Part shown: in pieces, positions 39,868 through 49,432 of the stretch
Position numbering within the stretch: position 1 is the stretch's first letter
Layout of the letters: each line of letters opens with the position of its first letter
Assembly (NCBI GenBank): GCA_045047075.1
Contig: JASFYP010000022.1
Coordinates: forward strand, 23,654-87,653
Direction: 5' to 3'
Length of the DNA stretch: 64,000 nt
Origin: Flavobacteriaceae bacterium
Lineage (GTDB): Bacteria > Bacteroidota > Bacteroidia > Flavobacteriales > Flavobacteriaceae
Program-made: the position numbers and the translations under genes
Notes under the pieces: model-generated
What the model saw: the letters and a program-made list of their open reading frames with translations, nothing else
The model's database searches: none
Told to the model about the DNA's origin: nothing

Positions 39868-40614
39868 TTAGGTCAACATTCCACCATCAACACTCAATGT
39901 CTGTCCGGTAATATAACTACTCATGTCTGAGGCTAAAAACACACAGGCATTGGCAATATCTTCTGGAGTTCCTCCGCGTTTTAACGGAATTGCTTTACGC
40001 CAACCATCAACAGTAGCTTCATCTAATTTAGCGGTCATCTCCGTTTCAACAAACCCTGGAGCAATTACATTACTACGAATATTACGCGAACCCAACTCCA
40101 ATGCTACCGATTTAGAGAACCCTATGATACCTGCTTTTGAAGCTGCATAATTAGACTGTCCTGCATTTCCTTTTAATCCAACAACAGAACTCATATTTAT
40201 AATAGAACCTGCACGTTGTTTCATCATTGGGCGAATCACAGCTTTGGTTAAATTAAAAACCGATTTTAAATTAATTTCAATCACTTTATCAAAATCATCT
40301 TCAGTAATACGCATCAACAAATTGTCTTTGGTGATTCCTGCATTGTTAATCAACACATCAATACTACCGAATTCTTTGAGAACATCTGTAGCTAATTCTT
40401 GTGCTGCATCAAAATCTGCCGCATTAGATTGATATCCTTTAGCTTTGACTCCGAAACTTTTCAGTTCTTCTTCCAAAGCATTTGCAGCTTCAACGGATGA
40501 GCTATACGTAAAAGCAACATTGGCACCTTGTTTTGCAAACACTTGGGCAATTCCCTTCCCTATACCTCTTGTTGCTCCTGTAATTAACGCTGTTTTATTT
40601 TCTAATAATTTCAT
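39868..40614 (-). CDS. fabG: 3-oxoacyl-ACP reductase
   Basis: TGATRGIG, NNAGIT.D.L..R, YAASKAG, PGF..T.MT, VDGGM. Confidence 0.95.
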   Translation of the reverse strand: MKLLENKTALITGATRGIGKGIAQVFAKQGANVAFTYSSSVEAANALEEELKSFGVKAKGYQSNAADFDAAQELATDVLKEFGSIDVLINNAGITKDNLLMRITEDDFDKVIEINLKSVFNLTKAVIRPMMKQRAGSIINMSSVVGLKGNAGQSNYAASKAGIIGFSKSVALELGSRNIRSNVIAPGFVETEMTAKLDEATVDGWRKAIPLKRGGTPEDIANACVFLASDMSSYITGQTLSVDGGMLT

Positions 40615-40782
40615 CTTGATATTTTGATTTTAACAAAATCAAATATAGTAAAAGAAATGATGCCATTAAAAGTCTTATTAAAAATTTAACTTCTCTATTA
40701 AGATAAAATTACCTTCTTTACTTTGGTGACTTTGAGCTTTCACTTTATCTTTGTAGCTAATCATATTTTAAATATAAAAATC

Positions 40783-41175
40783 ATGTCATATTATTTTAAA
40801 ACAACCCTGAACAATGTTTCTTTTAATGAAGCAATTGACAAAACAGTTGCCGCTTTAAAAACTGAAGGTTTTGGTGTACTTACCGAAATTGATTTAAAAG
40901 CCACTTTTAAAAAGAAGTTGGATGAAGATTTTTACAACTACAAAATATTAGGGGCTTGTCATCCGCAATTTGCCTATGATGCTTTACAAGTCGAAAATAA
41001 AATTGGTACGATGTTGCCTTGCAATTTTATTGTACAAGAAAGAGAAGCTGGTACAATAGAAATTTCTGGAGTTGACCCAATGGCTTCAATGATGTCAGTT
41101 GGAAATGAATCTTTAGGAGCAGTTGCTGGTGAGGTAAGGGATAAGCTAAAACGTGTAGTTGAGAGTATTAAATAA
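40783..41175 (+). CDS. DUF302 domain protein
   Basis: GFGVL.EID, ILGAC.P..A, MLPCN..V; ATG 40783 lies downstream of TATCTTTG (40746-40753). Confidence 0.88.
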   Translation: MSYYFKTTLNNVSFNEAIDKTVAALKTEGFGVLTEIDLKATFKKKLDEDFYNYKILGACHPQFAYDALQVENKIGTMLPCNFIVQEREAGTIEISGVDPMASMMSVGNESLGAVAGEVRDKLKRVVESIK

Positions 41176-41285
41176 GGTTTCCAAACAACTCTATTACAAG
41201 TATTTGAGAGCTAAATAACTATTTTATATTGATGTAAGTTTTGTAAATGGCCATCGTCTATTCTTACAAATCAAATTCATCTACT

Positions 41286-42200
41286 ATGAAATCAACTTAC
41301 TCTTTAAGTATCATCGTTTATTGTTTTCTTTTTACTTGCACAAGTCAAATTTTTGCTCAAAGCGTTGCAACGTATGACATAACATTTACGAGTGTGTGGA
41401 ATGCTACTGATCATGGAACACTACCTTCTGGTGCTCATTGGTCTAATTTAATTGGAGCAAATCACATATTAACAAATGAGTTTTTACAAATGGGAACAAT
41501 GGCATCATTAGGTGTAGAAAGCGTTGCAGAAACTGGTGCAAATAGCGAATTTGAAAATGAAATAAATGCTAGTGTTATGGCCAACGATTCTGAGCAGTTA
41601 ATAAATGTAGCTTCAGTATCTACAGCAACTGGTTCTGTAACTATTTCAAATTTAGAAATAGATGAACAATATCCATTATTAACATTAATTTCTATGATTG
41701 CCCCAAGCCCAGATTGGTTTATTGCACTTAACAGTTATGACTTAAGACAAGGAGGTAGTTGGGTTTCTAATGCAACTATTGACCTATTTCCTTACGATGC
41801 TGGCACAGAGGAAGGAACAGCGTACAGTACCTCAAATGCTGCAACAATGCCTCAAGAAAACATTACAAGCCTTGTAAATATTGCGCCTTTTAACAACTTA
41901 AGAATTGGCTATTTTACAATAAATCTTATTTCAGTTTTAAATGTTGAAGAAGAATTATTTGATCGGCAAATTACTCTTTATCCAAACCCTAGTAGCGGGT
42001 TCATTTCATTAACTAATTCATCTACAAATGAGATTGATAAAATTGAGATTTATGATTTAATTGGAAAACAAATACATACACAAAATATTGATAATCAAAA
42101 AATAGTTAATATTGATTTAGCTCAATTAAATTCTGGTGTGTATTTGGTTAAAGTATTTTCAGGAGAAATAAATACTATAAAAAAATTAATTATTAATTAA
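41286..42200 (+). CDS. Spondin-domain secreted protein with T9SS type A C-terminal sorting domain
   Basis: [23 protein letters not shown]; CTD LYPNPS...G.Y.VK...KK.I. Start may be 41247 or 41286. Confidence 0.85.
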   Translation: MKSTYSLSIIVYCFLFTCTSQIFAQSVATYDITFTSVWNATDHGTLPSGAHWSNLIGANHILTNEFLQMGTMASLGVESVAETGANSEFENEINASVMANDSEQLINVASVSTATGSVTISNLEIDEQYPLLTLISMIAPSPDWFIALNSYDLRQGGSWVSNATIDLFPYDAGTEEGTAYSTSNAATMPQENITSLVNIAPFNNLRIGYFTINLISVLNVEEELFDRQITLYPNPSSGFISLTNSSTNEIDKIEIYDLIGKQIHTQNIDNQKIVNIDLAQLNSGVYLVKVFSGEINTIKKLIIN

Positions 42201-43233
42201 TTTGATCTTTTAATAAAGCTTTATTAATCTTCTTTATCAAACTTGGTCCTTCATATATGAAGCCTGTAAAAATTTGAACCAAGTTTGCCCCTGCCTCTAT
42301 TTTATCTAAAGCATCTTGTGCTGAATGGATACCTCCTACTCCAATAATTGGAAAAGCCTTGTTTGATTTTTTTGACAGATATTGAATCACTTTGGTGCTC
42401 CTATCTGTAATTGGTTTTCCACTCAATCCTCCATTTCCAATTTTATCTAATGCAAAATTTGAGGTTTTAAGTCCTTCTCTATTGGTAGATGCATTTGAAG
42501 TAATGACTCCATCTATCTTAGTTTCGGCAACCAATTCTATGATTTCATCTAGTTGAATGTCATTTAAATCTGGTGCTATTTTAAGAAGTATAGGCTTTTG
42601 TGAGTTGTGATTATTATTCTCATTTTGAACTGCTGTAATTAACTCTAACAAGTAATCTTTATCTTGTAGTTTTGCCATCGAACCAACATTGGGGCAGCTT
42701 ACATTCAACACAAAATAATCTACATACGGATGCAATCCCTTAAAACATGTTAGATAATCTCGGGTATATTGATTGGGCATCGATTTGGTGTTTTTCCCAA
42801 TATTACCACCAATCAAAACCTCACCATTATTTTTTTTGAGTTGTTCAACCGCAGCTTTAACTCCTTCGTTATTAAATCCCATTCGGTTGATGATACCAGA
42901 ATCATCTAACAATCTAAATAAACGTTTCTTAGGATTCCCAATTTGAGCATTTGGAGTTACAGTTCCGATTTCTATAAATCCAAAACCAAAATTAGAAAGT
43001 TCTTTATACAACACCGCATTTTTATCAAAACCTGCAGCTAAACCAACTGGGTTTTTAAAAGTTAAGCCAAATAATTTTCGTTCTAGCTTAGGGTGTTCTA
43101 CTGCATATAATTTTTTAACAAGTCCGCTTATTAAAGGAATTTTAAAAATAAGTTTTAAGAATGAAAAGGTGAAGTGATGAACCTTTTCTGGATCAAACAA
43201 AAATAATATTGGTCTTATTAGTAGTTTATACAT
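42193..43233 (-). CDS. pyrD: Quinone-dependent dihydroorotate dehydrogenase
   Basis: [46 protein letters not shown]. Confidence 0.96.
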   Translation of the reverse strand: MYKLLIRPILFLFDPEKVHHFTFSFLKLIFKIPLISGLVKKLYAVEHPKLERKLFGLTFKNPVGLAAGFDKNAVLYKELSNFGFGFIEIGTVTPNAQIGNPKKRLFRLLDDSGIINRMGFNNEGVKAAVEQLKKNNGEVLIGGNIGKNTKSMPNQYTRDYLTCFKGLHPYVDYFVLNVSCPNVGSMAKLQDKDYLLELITAVQNENNNHNSQKPILLKIAPDLNDIQLDEIIELVAETKIDGVITSNASTNREGLKTSNFALDKIGNGGLSGKPITDRSTKVIQYLSKKSNKAFPIIGVGGIHSAQDALDKIEAGANLVQIFTGFIYEGPSLIKKINKALLKDQIN

Positions 43234-43244
43234 AATAATTTATT

Positions 43245-43311
43245 TGTCTTTCCCGTGAAAACTGGAATCTAATTGATTTACGTATGGATTCCCGTTTTCA
43301 CGGGAAAGACA
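43245..43311. repeat. Paired REP-like element (TTCCC-N8-GGGAAT type)
   Basis: Left tgtctttcccgtgaaaactggaatct vs reverse complement of right arm tgtctttcccgtgaaaacgggaatcc, 24/26 identical. Confidence 0.85.
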
Positions 43312-43321
43312 TTTGGTGAAA

Positions 43322-45748
43322 TTATCTTAGTTCAGCCTGTAAATTCTTTTCAAAGGATTGCTGCATTTTTTGCATAGTTTTTTCAATTTGCTTGTCATTC
43401 AACGTTTTCTCAGTGTCTTGCAACACAAAACTCACTGCATACGATTTCTTACCTTTCGGTAATTTATCTCCTTGATATACATCAAACAAATCAACTTCTT
43501 TCAAAATATTTTTTTCTGATTGAAAAGCAGTATTGTAAACATCAGCAAATTTTACATCGTCATCTAACAACAATGCTAAATCTCTTTTTACTGATGGATA
43601 TTTAGGCATATCAACTACCTTAAATCCTTTTCTTCCAGCAACTTTTAAAACATTTTCCCAATTAAAATCTGCAAACAAAACTTCTTGCTTAATCCCAAAT
43701 TTCTTTAAAATTGATTTCTTTACAACACCAAATTCTACCAATTTAATTTTACCTAATTCAAAAGTGATTCCCTCAGAAAAAATATCATTTTTTGTAGGAG
43801 AAGTTTTTAACTTTGTAATTCCTAATCTATTTAAAGTAGCCATTACAATTCCTTTTAAATAAAAGAAATCTGATGTTTTATTAGTAGTACTCCAACTATC
43901 CTTAGTTCTCTTGCCACTTACAAAAAGTGACAAATGTTTTTGCTCAGAATAACCGCTTTCATACTTATGGTAGGTTTTCCCAAACTCATAAAGCTTTAAG
44001 CTATTATTTTTCCTATTGATGTTATAAGCAACCGATTCTAATCCACTAAACAACAATGATTGACGCATCACACCTAAATCACTACTCAACGGGTTCAACA
44101 TAGCTACATCATGATCAGAATTTAAGTTTTCCGTCATGTTTAAATAAGAAGCTTTGGTCAAAGAATTTGCCATTGTTTCGTTAAACCCTTGTGCTGTTAA
44201 TTGACTTGCAACAGTATTTTCAATTTTTACACCATCAAAATCATCATGCGAAATTGAAGTATTTAGTTTATGAGAAAACTGAATATTATTATATCCATAC
44301 ACACGCAATATTTCTTCAATTACATCTGCTTCTCTCTGTACATCTACTCGGTAAGAAGGAATTGTTAATCCTAATCCACCTTCAGTTTCGCTATTCAATC
44401 TAATTTCTAAAGAAGCCAAAATGTTTTTAATGGTATCCTTCGGAATTTCATCACCAATCAAACGATTTAATCTATCATAAGAAATGAACACTTGAAAATC
44501 TTCAATTTTCTCTGGATAAAAATCCAACACATCCGAAGATTTTTTTCCGCCAGTAATCTCAACAATCAACAATGCGGCTCTTTTTAAAGCATACTCAACA
44601 AAGTTAGGATCAATTCCTCTTTCAAATCTAAAAGAAGCATCGGTATTCAATGCATGTCGTTTTGCCGATTTACGGATAGACACTGGGTTAAAATAAGCCG
44701 CCTCTAAAAAAATACTCGTTGTACTTTCGGTAACAGCAGAATCGATTCCACCAAAGACTCCAGCAATACACAAAGGGTTCGATTCGCCATCACAAATCAT
44801 AATATCATCTTCATGTAATTCTCTTTCAATGGCATCAAGCGTAGTAAATTTCGTGCCTTGTGGCAAGGTTTTTACTACTATTTTATTTCCTTTTATTTTA
44901 GTAGCATCAAAGGCATGTAAAGGTTGTCCGAGTTCGTGCAACACATAATTTGTGATATCTACAATATTATTTTTGGGAGTTAACCCTATTGACTTTAATC
45001 TGTTTTGTAACCATTTTGGAGATTCTTCTACTTTGATTCCTGAAATTGTAATACCTGAATATCTCGGTACTAAATTTTTATTTTCTACTTCAATATCAAT
45101 TCTGAGAGAACGCGTATCGACATGAAAATCACTCACTGAAGGAGAAATCAATTCTAACTGAGTTCCTTGTTGAATCATACCCGAACGTAAATCTCTAGCA
45201 ACACCATAATGACTCATAGCATCTGCTCTATTTGGAGTCAATCCAATTTCAAAAACTTCATCAGTTTCTATTTTAAAAACTTCGGCACATGGTGTGCCAA
45301 CTTTTAAATCGGCATCCAAAACCATGATTCCGTCATGACTTTGACCTAGACCTAACTCATCTTCGGCACAAATCATCCCAAAACTTTCTTCGCCTCTTAT
45401 CTTTCCTTTTTTAATTTTAAAAGACTCGCCTTTATCATCATACAATAAAGTACCGATAGTAGCAACTGGTACTTTTTGACCCGCAGCAACATTAGGTGCT
45501 CCACAAACAATTTGAAGTGGTGCATCCTCACCAATATTTACAGTAGTAACTTTTAATCTATCCGCGTTTGGATGTTGCTCACAAGTTAAAACCTCGCCAA
45601 CAACAATCCCTTTTAAGCTTCCTTTTACAGATTCAATCGTTTCAATTCCTTCAACCTCTAGTCCTAAATCGGTTAATAACTCTCCAGTTTTTTCAGCTTC
45701 CCAATCAACTTTTAAAAACTGTTTTAACCAATTGTATGATATTTTCAT
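43322..45748 (-). CDS. pheT: Phenylalanine-tRNA ligase beta subunit
   Basis: MKISYNWL, HPNADRL, VCGAPN, TPNRADA.SH.G.ARD, SFRFERG.D, P.YRVD, FDX-ACB domain. Confidence 0.97.
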   Translation of the reverse strand: MKISYNWLKQFLKVDWEAEKTGELLTDLGLEVEGIETIESVKGSLKGIVVGEVLTCEQHPNADRLKVTTVNIGEDAPLQIVCGAPNVAAGQKVPVATIGTLLYDDKGESFKIKKGKIRGEESFGMICAEDELGLGQSHDGIMVLDADLKVGTPCAEVFKIETDEVFEIGLTPNRADAMSHYGVARDLRSGMIQQGTQLELISPSVSDFHVDTRSLRIDIEVENKNLVPRYSGITISGIKVEESPKWLQNRLKSIGLTPKNNIVDITNYVLHELGQPLHAFDATKIKGNKIVVKTLPQGTKFTTLDAIERELHEDDIMICDGESNPLCIAGVFGGIDSAVTESTTSIFLEAAYFNPVSIRKSAKRHALNTDASFRFERGIDPNFVEYALKRAALLIVEITGGKKSSDVLDFYPEKIEDFQVFISYDRLNRLIGDEIPKDTIKNILASLEIRLNSETEGGLGLTIPSYRVDVQREADVIEEILRVYGYNNIQFSHKLNTSISHDDFDGVKIENTVASQLTAQGFNETMANSLTKASYLNMTENLNSDHDVAMLNPLSSDLGVMRQSLLFSGLESVAYNINRKNNSLKLYEFGKTYHKYESGYSEQKHLSLFVSGKRTKDSWSTTNKTSDFFYLKGIVMATLNRLGITKLKTSPTKNDIFSEGITFELGKIKLVEFGVVKKSILKKFGIKQEVLFADFNWENVLKVAGRKGFKVVDMPKYPSVKRDLALLLDDDVKFADVYNTAFQSEKNILKEVDLFDVYQGDKLPKGKKSYAVSFVLQDTEKTLNDKQIEKTMQKMQQSFEKNLQAELR

Positions 45749-45950
45749 CTGTTACTTTTTAGTAGTGTTCTTTTTCGATTTGCAAAGATACTTTAAATTG
45801 AAAGATTCGACAATTGATATGGCAGGAAAATTAGTACTTGACTATCTCATAAAAAAACACGAGATTCACACTTATCGGTGGATATAACTAATTGAAACTA
45901 TTCATATCCGACACAATAAACGCATCTCCAAAAAAATAAATCAAGAAACC

Positions 45951-48125
45951 TTAGCTAATATTAGACCAAATAGCCGAACTTTTTTGAATGCCTAAATAGG
46001 TTTTTTTAATATTATTATTTTTTGGCAAACTCAAAGAGGAGTCTTCTTGTAAAGTTTCAAAAGCAGTGGCTCTTGCTTTAGCTAAAATCTTCGCATCTTT
46101 GGTAATATCAGCAATCTTTAAATCCAATACACCACTTTGCTGTTTACCCATCAAATTTCCTGGACCTCGTAATTTTAAATCAACATCAGCAATTTCAAAT
46201 CCATCAGTCGTTTTTACCATGGTTTCTAATCTGATTTTTGCATCGGCAGAGAGTTTAAAACTCGTCATTAAAATACAATAACTTTGGTCTGCTCCTCTCC
46301 CAACTCTACCTCTAAGTTGATGTAATTGTGACAATCCAAATCGTTCTGCACTTTCTATCACCATTACACTTGCATTGGGAATATTAACTCCAACTTCAAT
46401 AACTGTAGTTGCTACCATAATCTGAGTTTCACCTTTTAAGAATCTGTTCATTTCATATTCCTTATCAGCAGGTTTCATTTTACCATGAACAATTGAAACT
46501 TGATATTTAGGCATCTGGAATTCGCGCGTAATACTTTCATAACCATCCATTAAATCTTTGTAATCCATCTTTGCAGATTCTTGAATTAATGGATATACCA
46601 CATATACCTGTCTCCCTTTTTCAATCTCATCACGCATAAATTTAAAGACAGATAAACGATTGCTATCATATCGATGTGCAGTAGCGATTTCTTTTCTACC
46701 TGGAGGTAATTCATCAATCACAGAGATATCCAAATCGCCATACACGCTCATTGCCAAAGTTCGTGGAATCGGAGTCGCTGTCATTACTAAAATGTGAGGT
46801 GGCAAAGCCCCTCCAACCTCCCCTTGGGGGAGGCTTTTATTATCTCCCTTCTCTTGGCGAAGGGTTGGAGATGGGCCTCCCTTTCTCCACAATTTAGATC
46901 GTTGTTCTACTCCAAATCGGTGTTGTTCATCGATAATAGCAATTCCTAAATTTTTAAATTTCACCTTGTCTTCTATCAAGGCGTGTGTACCTATTAATAT
47001 ATCTAAACTCCCATCTTCTAAGGATGAATGAATCTCTCTTCGTGCTTTTGCCTTTACCGAACCTGTTAATAATTGTATGTTGATATTCATTCCCTCCACC
47101 AATTCTTTGATGGAATTATAATGTTGCGTTGCCAATATTTCTGTTGGCGCCATAATAGCTGCTTGAAAACCGTTGTCTAATGCAATCAACATTGCCAACA
47201 ATGCCACAATGGTTTTACCTGAACCAACATCACCTTGCAATAACCGATTCATCTGCGCATTTGACCCAACATCTTTTCTTATTTCTTTTAACACTCTCTT
47301 TTGAGCATTGGTCAATTCAAACGGGAGTTTGTTTTTGTAAAACTCATTAAAATAAGCCCCTACTTTTTTAAAGGGATATCCTTTAATTTTTGATTTGCGA
47401 ATCATCTTTTTACGGATGAGTTGCAGTTGGATATAAAACAACTCTTCAAATTTTAAACGTGCTTGGGCTTTTGATAATAACTCATGACTTTTAGGAAAAT
47501 GAATATTAAACAGTGCATCATTCTTTGAAATAAAACCCTGTGCATTCATAATATCTTCTGATAAAGTTTCACCAAACTTACCATTCAATTCGGTAAATAA
47601 GCTCATCATCATTTTTTGAACAACTCTGTTTGACACACCTTTGTTAGTCAGTAATTCTGTAGATGGATAAACAGGTTGCATTGCAGTTCTAAGGGTTTTC
47701 TTATACTCACTCACCAATTCCATTTCTGGATGTGGCATACTAAAACTCCGATTAAAATAATTAGTCTTTCCAAAAATGACATAAGGCACGTTTACCTTTA
47801 TAGAATCCTTTATCCATTTAGCACCTCTAAACCATACAAGTTCTATCATCCCCGTTTCATCAGCAAAAGTTGCTACTAGCCTACTTCCTCTTTTTTGTTG
47901 TACCGTTTTAATTGAAGTCACTTTTCCTGCAATCTGAATTTCGGCAGTGTTCTGTTCGAGTTGATTGATCTTAAAAAATTGAGTTCTATCAATATATCTG
48001 TGTGGAAAAAAGTTAATTAAATCCCCAAAAGTACGGATGCCTAATTCCTTTTTTAGTAAATCGGCACGCGAAGGACCTACACCTTTAAGGTAGCCAATAG
48101 AAGTGTTAGAATTATATTGAGGCAT
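45951..48125 (-). CDS. recG: ATP-dependent DNA helicase RecG (with in-frame palindrome insertion)
   Basis: LLQGDVGSGKT, APTEILA.QH, DEQHRFGV, MTATPIPRTL, LHQLRGRVGRG, DL.LRGPG. Confidence 0.97.
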   Translation of the reverse strand: MPQYNSNTSIGYLKGVGPSRADLLKKELGIRTFGDLINFFPHRYIDRTQFFKINQLEQNTAEIQIAGKVTSIKTVQQKRGSRLVATFADETGMIELVWFRGAKWIKDSIKVNVPYVIFGKTNYFNRSFSMPHPEMELVSEYKKTLRTAMQPVYPSTELLTNKGVSNRVVQKMMMSLFTELNGKFGETLSEDIMNAQGFISKNDALFNIHFPKSHELLSKAQARLKFEELFYIQLQLIRKKMIRKSKIKGYPFKKVGAYFNEFYKNKLPFELTNAQKRVLKEIRKDVGSNAQMNRLLQGDVGSGKTIVALLAMLIALDNGFQAAIMAPTEILATQHYNSIKELVEGMNINIQLLTGSVKAKARREIHSSLEDGSLDILIGTHALIEDKVKFKNLGIAIIDEQHRFGVEQRSKLWRKGGPSPTLRQEKGDNKSLPQGEVGGALPPHILVMTATPIPRTLAMSVYGDLDISVIDELPPGRKEIATAHRYDSNRLSVFKFMRDEIEKGRQVYVVYPLIQESAKMDYKDLMDGYESITREFQMPKYQVSIVHGKMKPADKEYEMNRFLKGETQIMVATTVIEVGVNIPNASVMVIESAERFGLSQLHQLRGRVGRGADQSYCILMTSFKLSADAKIRLETMVKTTDGFEIADVDLKLRGPGNLMGKQQSGVLDLKIADITKDAKILAKARATAFETLQEDSSLSLPKNNNIKKTYLGIQKSSAIWSNIS
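46807..46876. repeat. GC-rich multi-hairpin REP-like element translated in frame within recG
   Basis: gcccctccaacc ... ggttggagatgggc outer stem with inner hairpins ctcccc/ggggag and cccttc/gaaggg. Confidence 0.8.
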
Positions 48126-48202
48126 GCTTTTAATTTTACAAGGCTAAAATAACAAATACTCGGTATTCATTCGTACATTTGCAATCCAAATTTTTGAAGT
48201 AA

Positions 48203-49411
48203 ATGAGATTACATAGAAACTTGTGTTTTACAGTGATAGATTCATTAAATATGATTTTTAATGATGAAGAATATGCAGGTAAAGTAGTAGAGAAGGCATT
48301 GAAGCGCGATAAGCGTTGGGGTGCTCGTGATCGTAAATTTGTTGCAGAAACTATTTATGATATTGTTCGTTGGAAACGTTTGTACAATGAAATTGCAGGA
48401 ACAAAAGATCATTATACACGAGATAATTTATGGAAACTTTTTGCAGTTTGGGCTACATTAAAAGGAATAGAATTACCAGATTGGAAATATTTTGAAGGTA
48501 CACCTGTAAGACGTATCAAAGGTAAATTTGATGAAGCTCAAAAAATACGTGCCATAAAAGAATCTATTCCAGATTGGATGGATGAATTGGGAGTTAAAGA
48601 ATTAGGAGAAGCAGTTTGGTCTAGAGAGCTTACTGCATTAAACCAAAAAGCTGAAGTTATTTTAAGAGTAAATACCTTAAAAATTGACATTGCAACTTTG
48701 CAAAAATTTCTACGAAAAGAAGAAGTTGATACAGAGATAATTAGAGACAATCCAACAGCATTAAAATTGGTAGAACGCAAGAATGTCTTTTTAACCGAAG
48801 CTTTTAAACGTGGTTATTTTGATGTACAAGATGCATCATCACAATTAGTGGCTCCATTTTTACATGTTAAACCAGGAATGCGTGTAGTTGATACTTGTGC
48901 AGGTGCAGGCGGAAAAACATTGCACTTGGCAGCAATGATGGAAAATAAAGGTCAAATTATTGCGATGGACATTTATGCAGGCAAGTTGGCGCAATTAAAA
49001 AAACGTGCAAAACGTGCAGGTGCGCATAACATTGATATGCGTGTGATTGAAAACTCTAAAGCTATCAAAAAATTAAAAGATTCTGCTGATGCCGTTTTAA
49101 TTGACGCACCTTGTAGCGGAATCGGAGTATTGAGAAGAAATCCTGATTCTAAATGGAAACTGCAACCTGAGTTTGTAGAAAATATCAAAAAGACACAAGC
49201 TGAAATTTTAGACAGCTATAGTAGAATGGTAAAAGTTGGTGGTAAACTAGTATATGCTACCTGTTCAATATTACCATCAGAAAACCAAGATCAAGTAAAA
49301 ACATTTTTAGATTCGCACAAAGAGTTTAAATTTGTAGAAGATAAAAAAGTATTACCTTCAAAATCTGGCTTTGACGGATTTTATATGGCACTTTTAGAAC
49401 GTATAAACTAA
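48203..49411 (+). CDS. RsmB/NOP-family RNA m5C methyltransferase
   Basis: VQDASSQ, D.CAGAGGK, DAPCSG.G..RRNPD, YATCS....EN, DGFY. Confidence 0.92.
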   Translation: MRLHRNLCFTVIDSLNMIFNDEEYAGKVVEKALKRDKRWGARDRKFVAETIYDIVRWKRLYNEIAGTKDHYTRDNLWKLFAVWATLKGIELPDWKYFEGTPVRRIKGKFDEAQKIRAIKESIPDWMDELGVKELGEAVWSRELTALNQKAEVILRVNTLKIDIATLQKFLRKEEVDTEIIRDNPTALKLVERKNVFLTEAFKRGYFDVQDASSQLVAPFLHVKPGMRVVDTCAGAGGKTLHLAAMMENKGQIIAMDIYAGKLAQLKKRAKRAGAHNIDMRVIENSKAIKKLKDSADAVLIDAPCSGIGVLRRNPDSKWKLQPEFVENIKKTQAEILDSYSRMVKVGGKLVYATCSILPSENQDQVKTFLDSHKEFKFVEDKKVLPSKSGFDGFYMALLERIN

Positions 49412-49432
49412 ACCTCAAATATTAAAAAAATT

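Noticed and set aside
45860-45935. Weak ggatat/atatcc inverted repeat between pheT and recG
   Set aside because: Too short and degenerate to call a repeat or RNA element.
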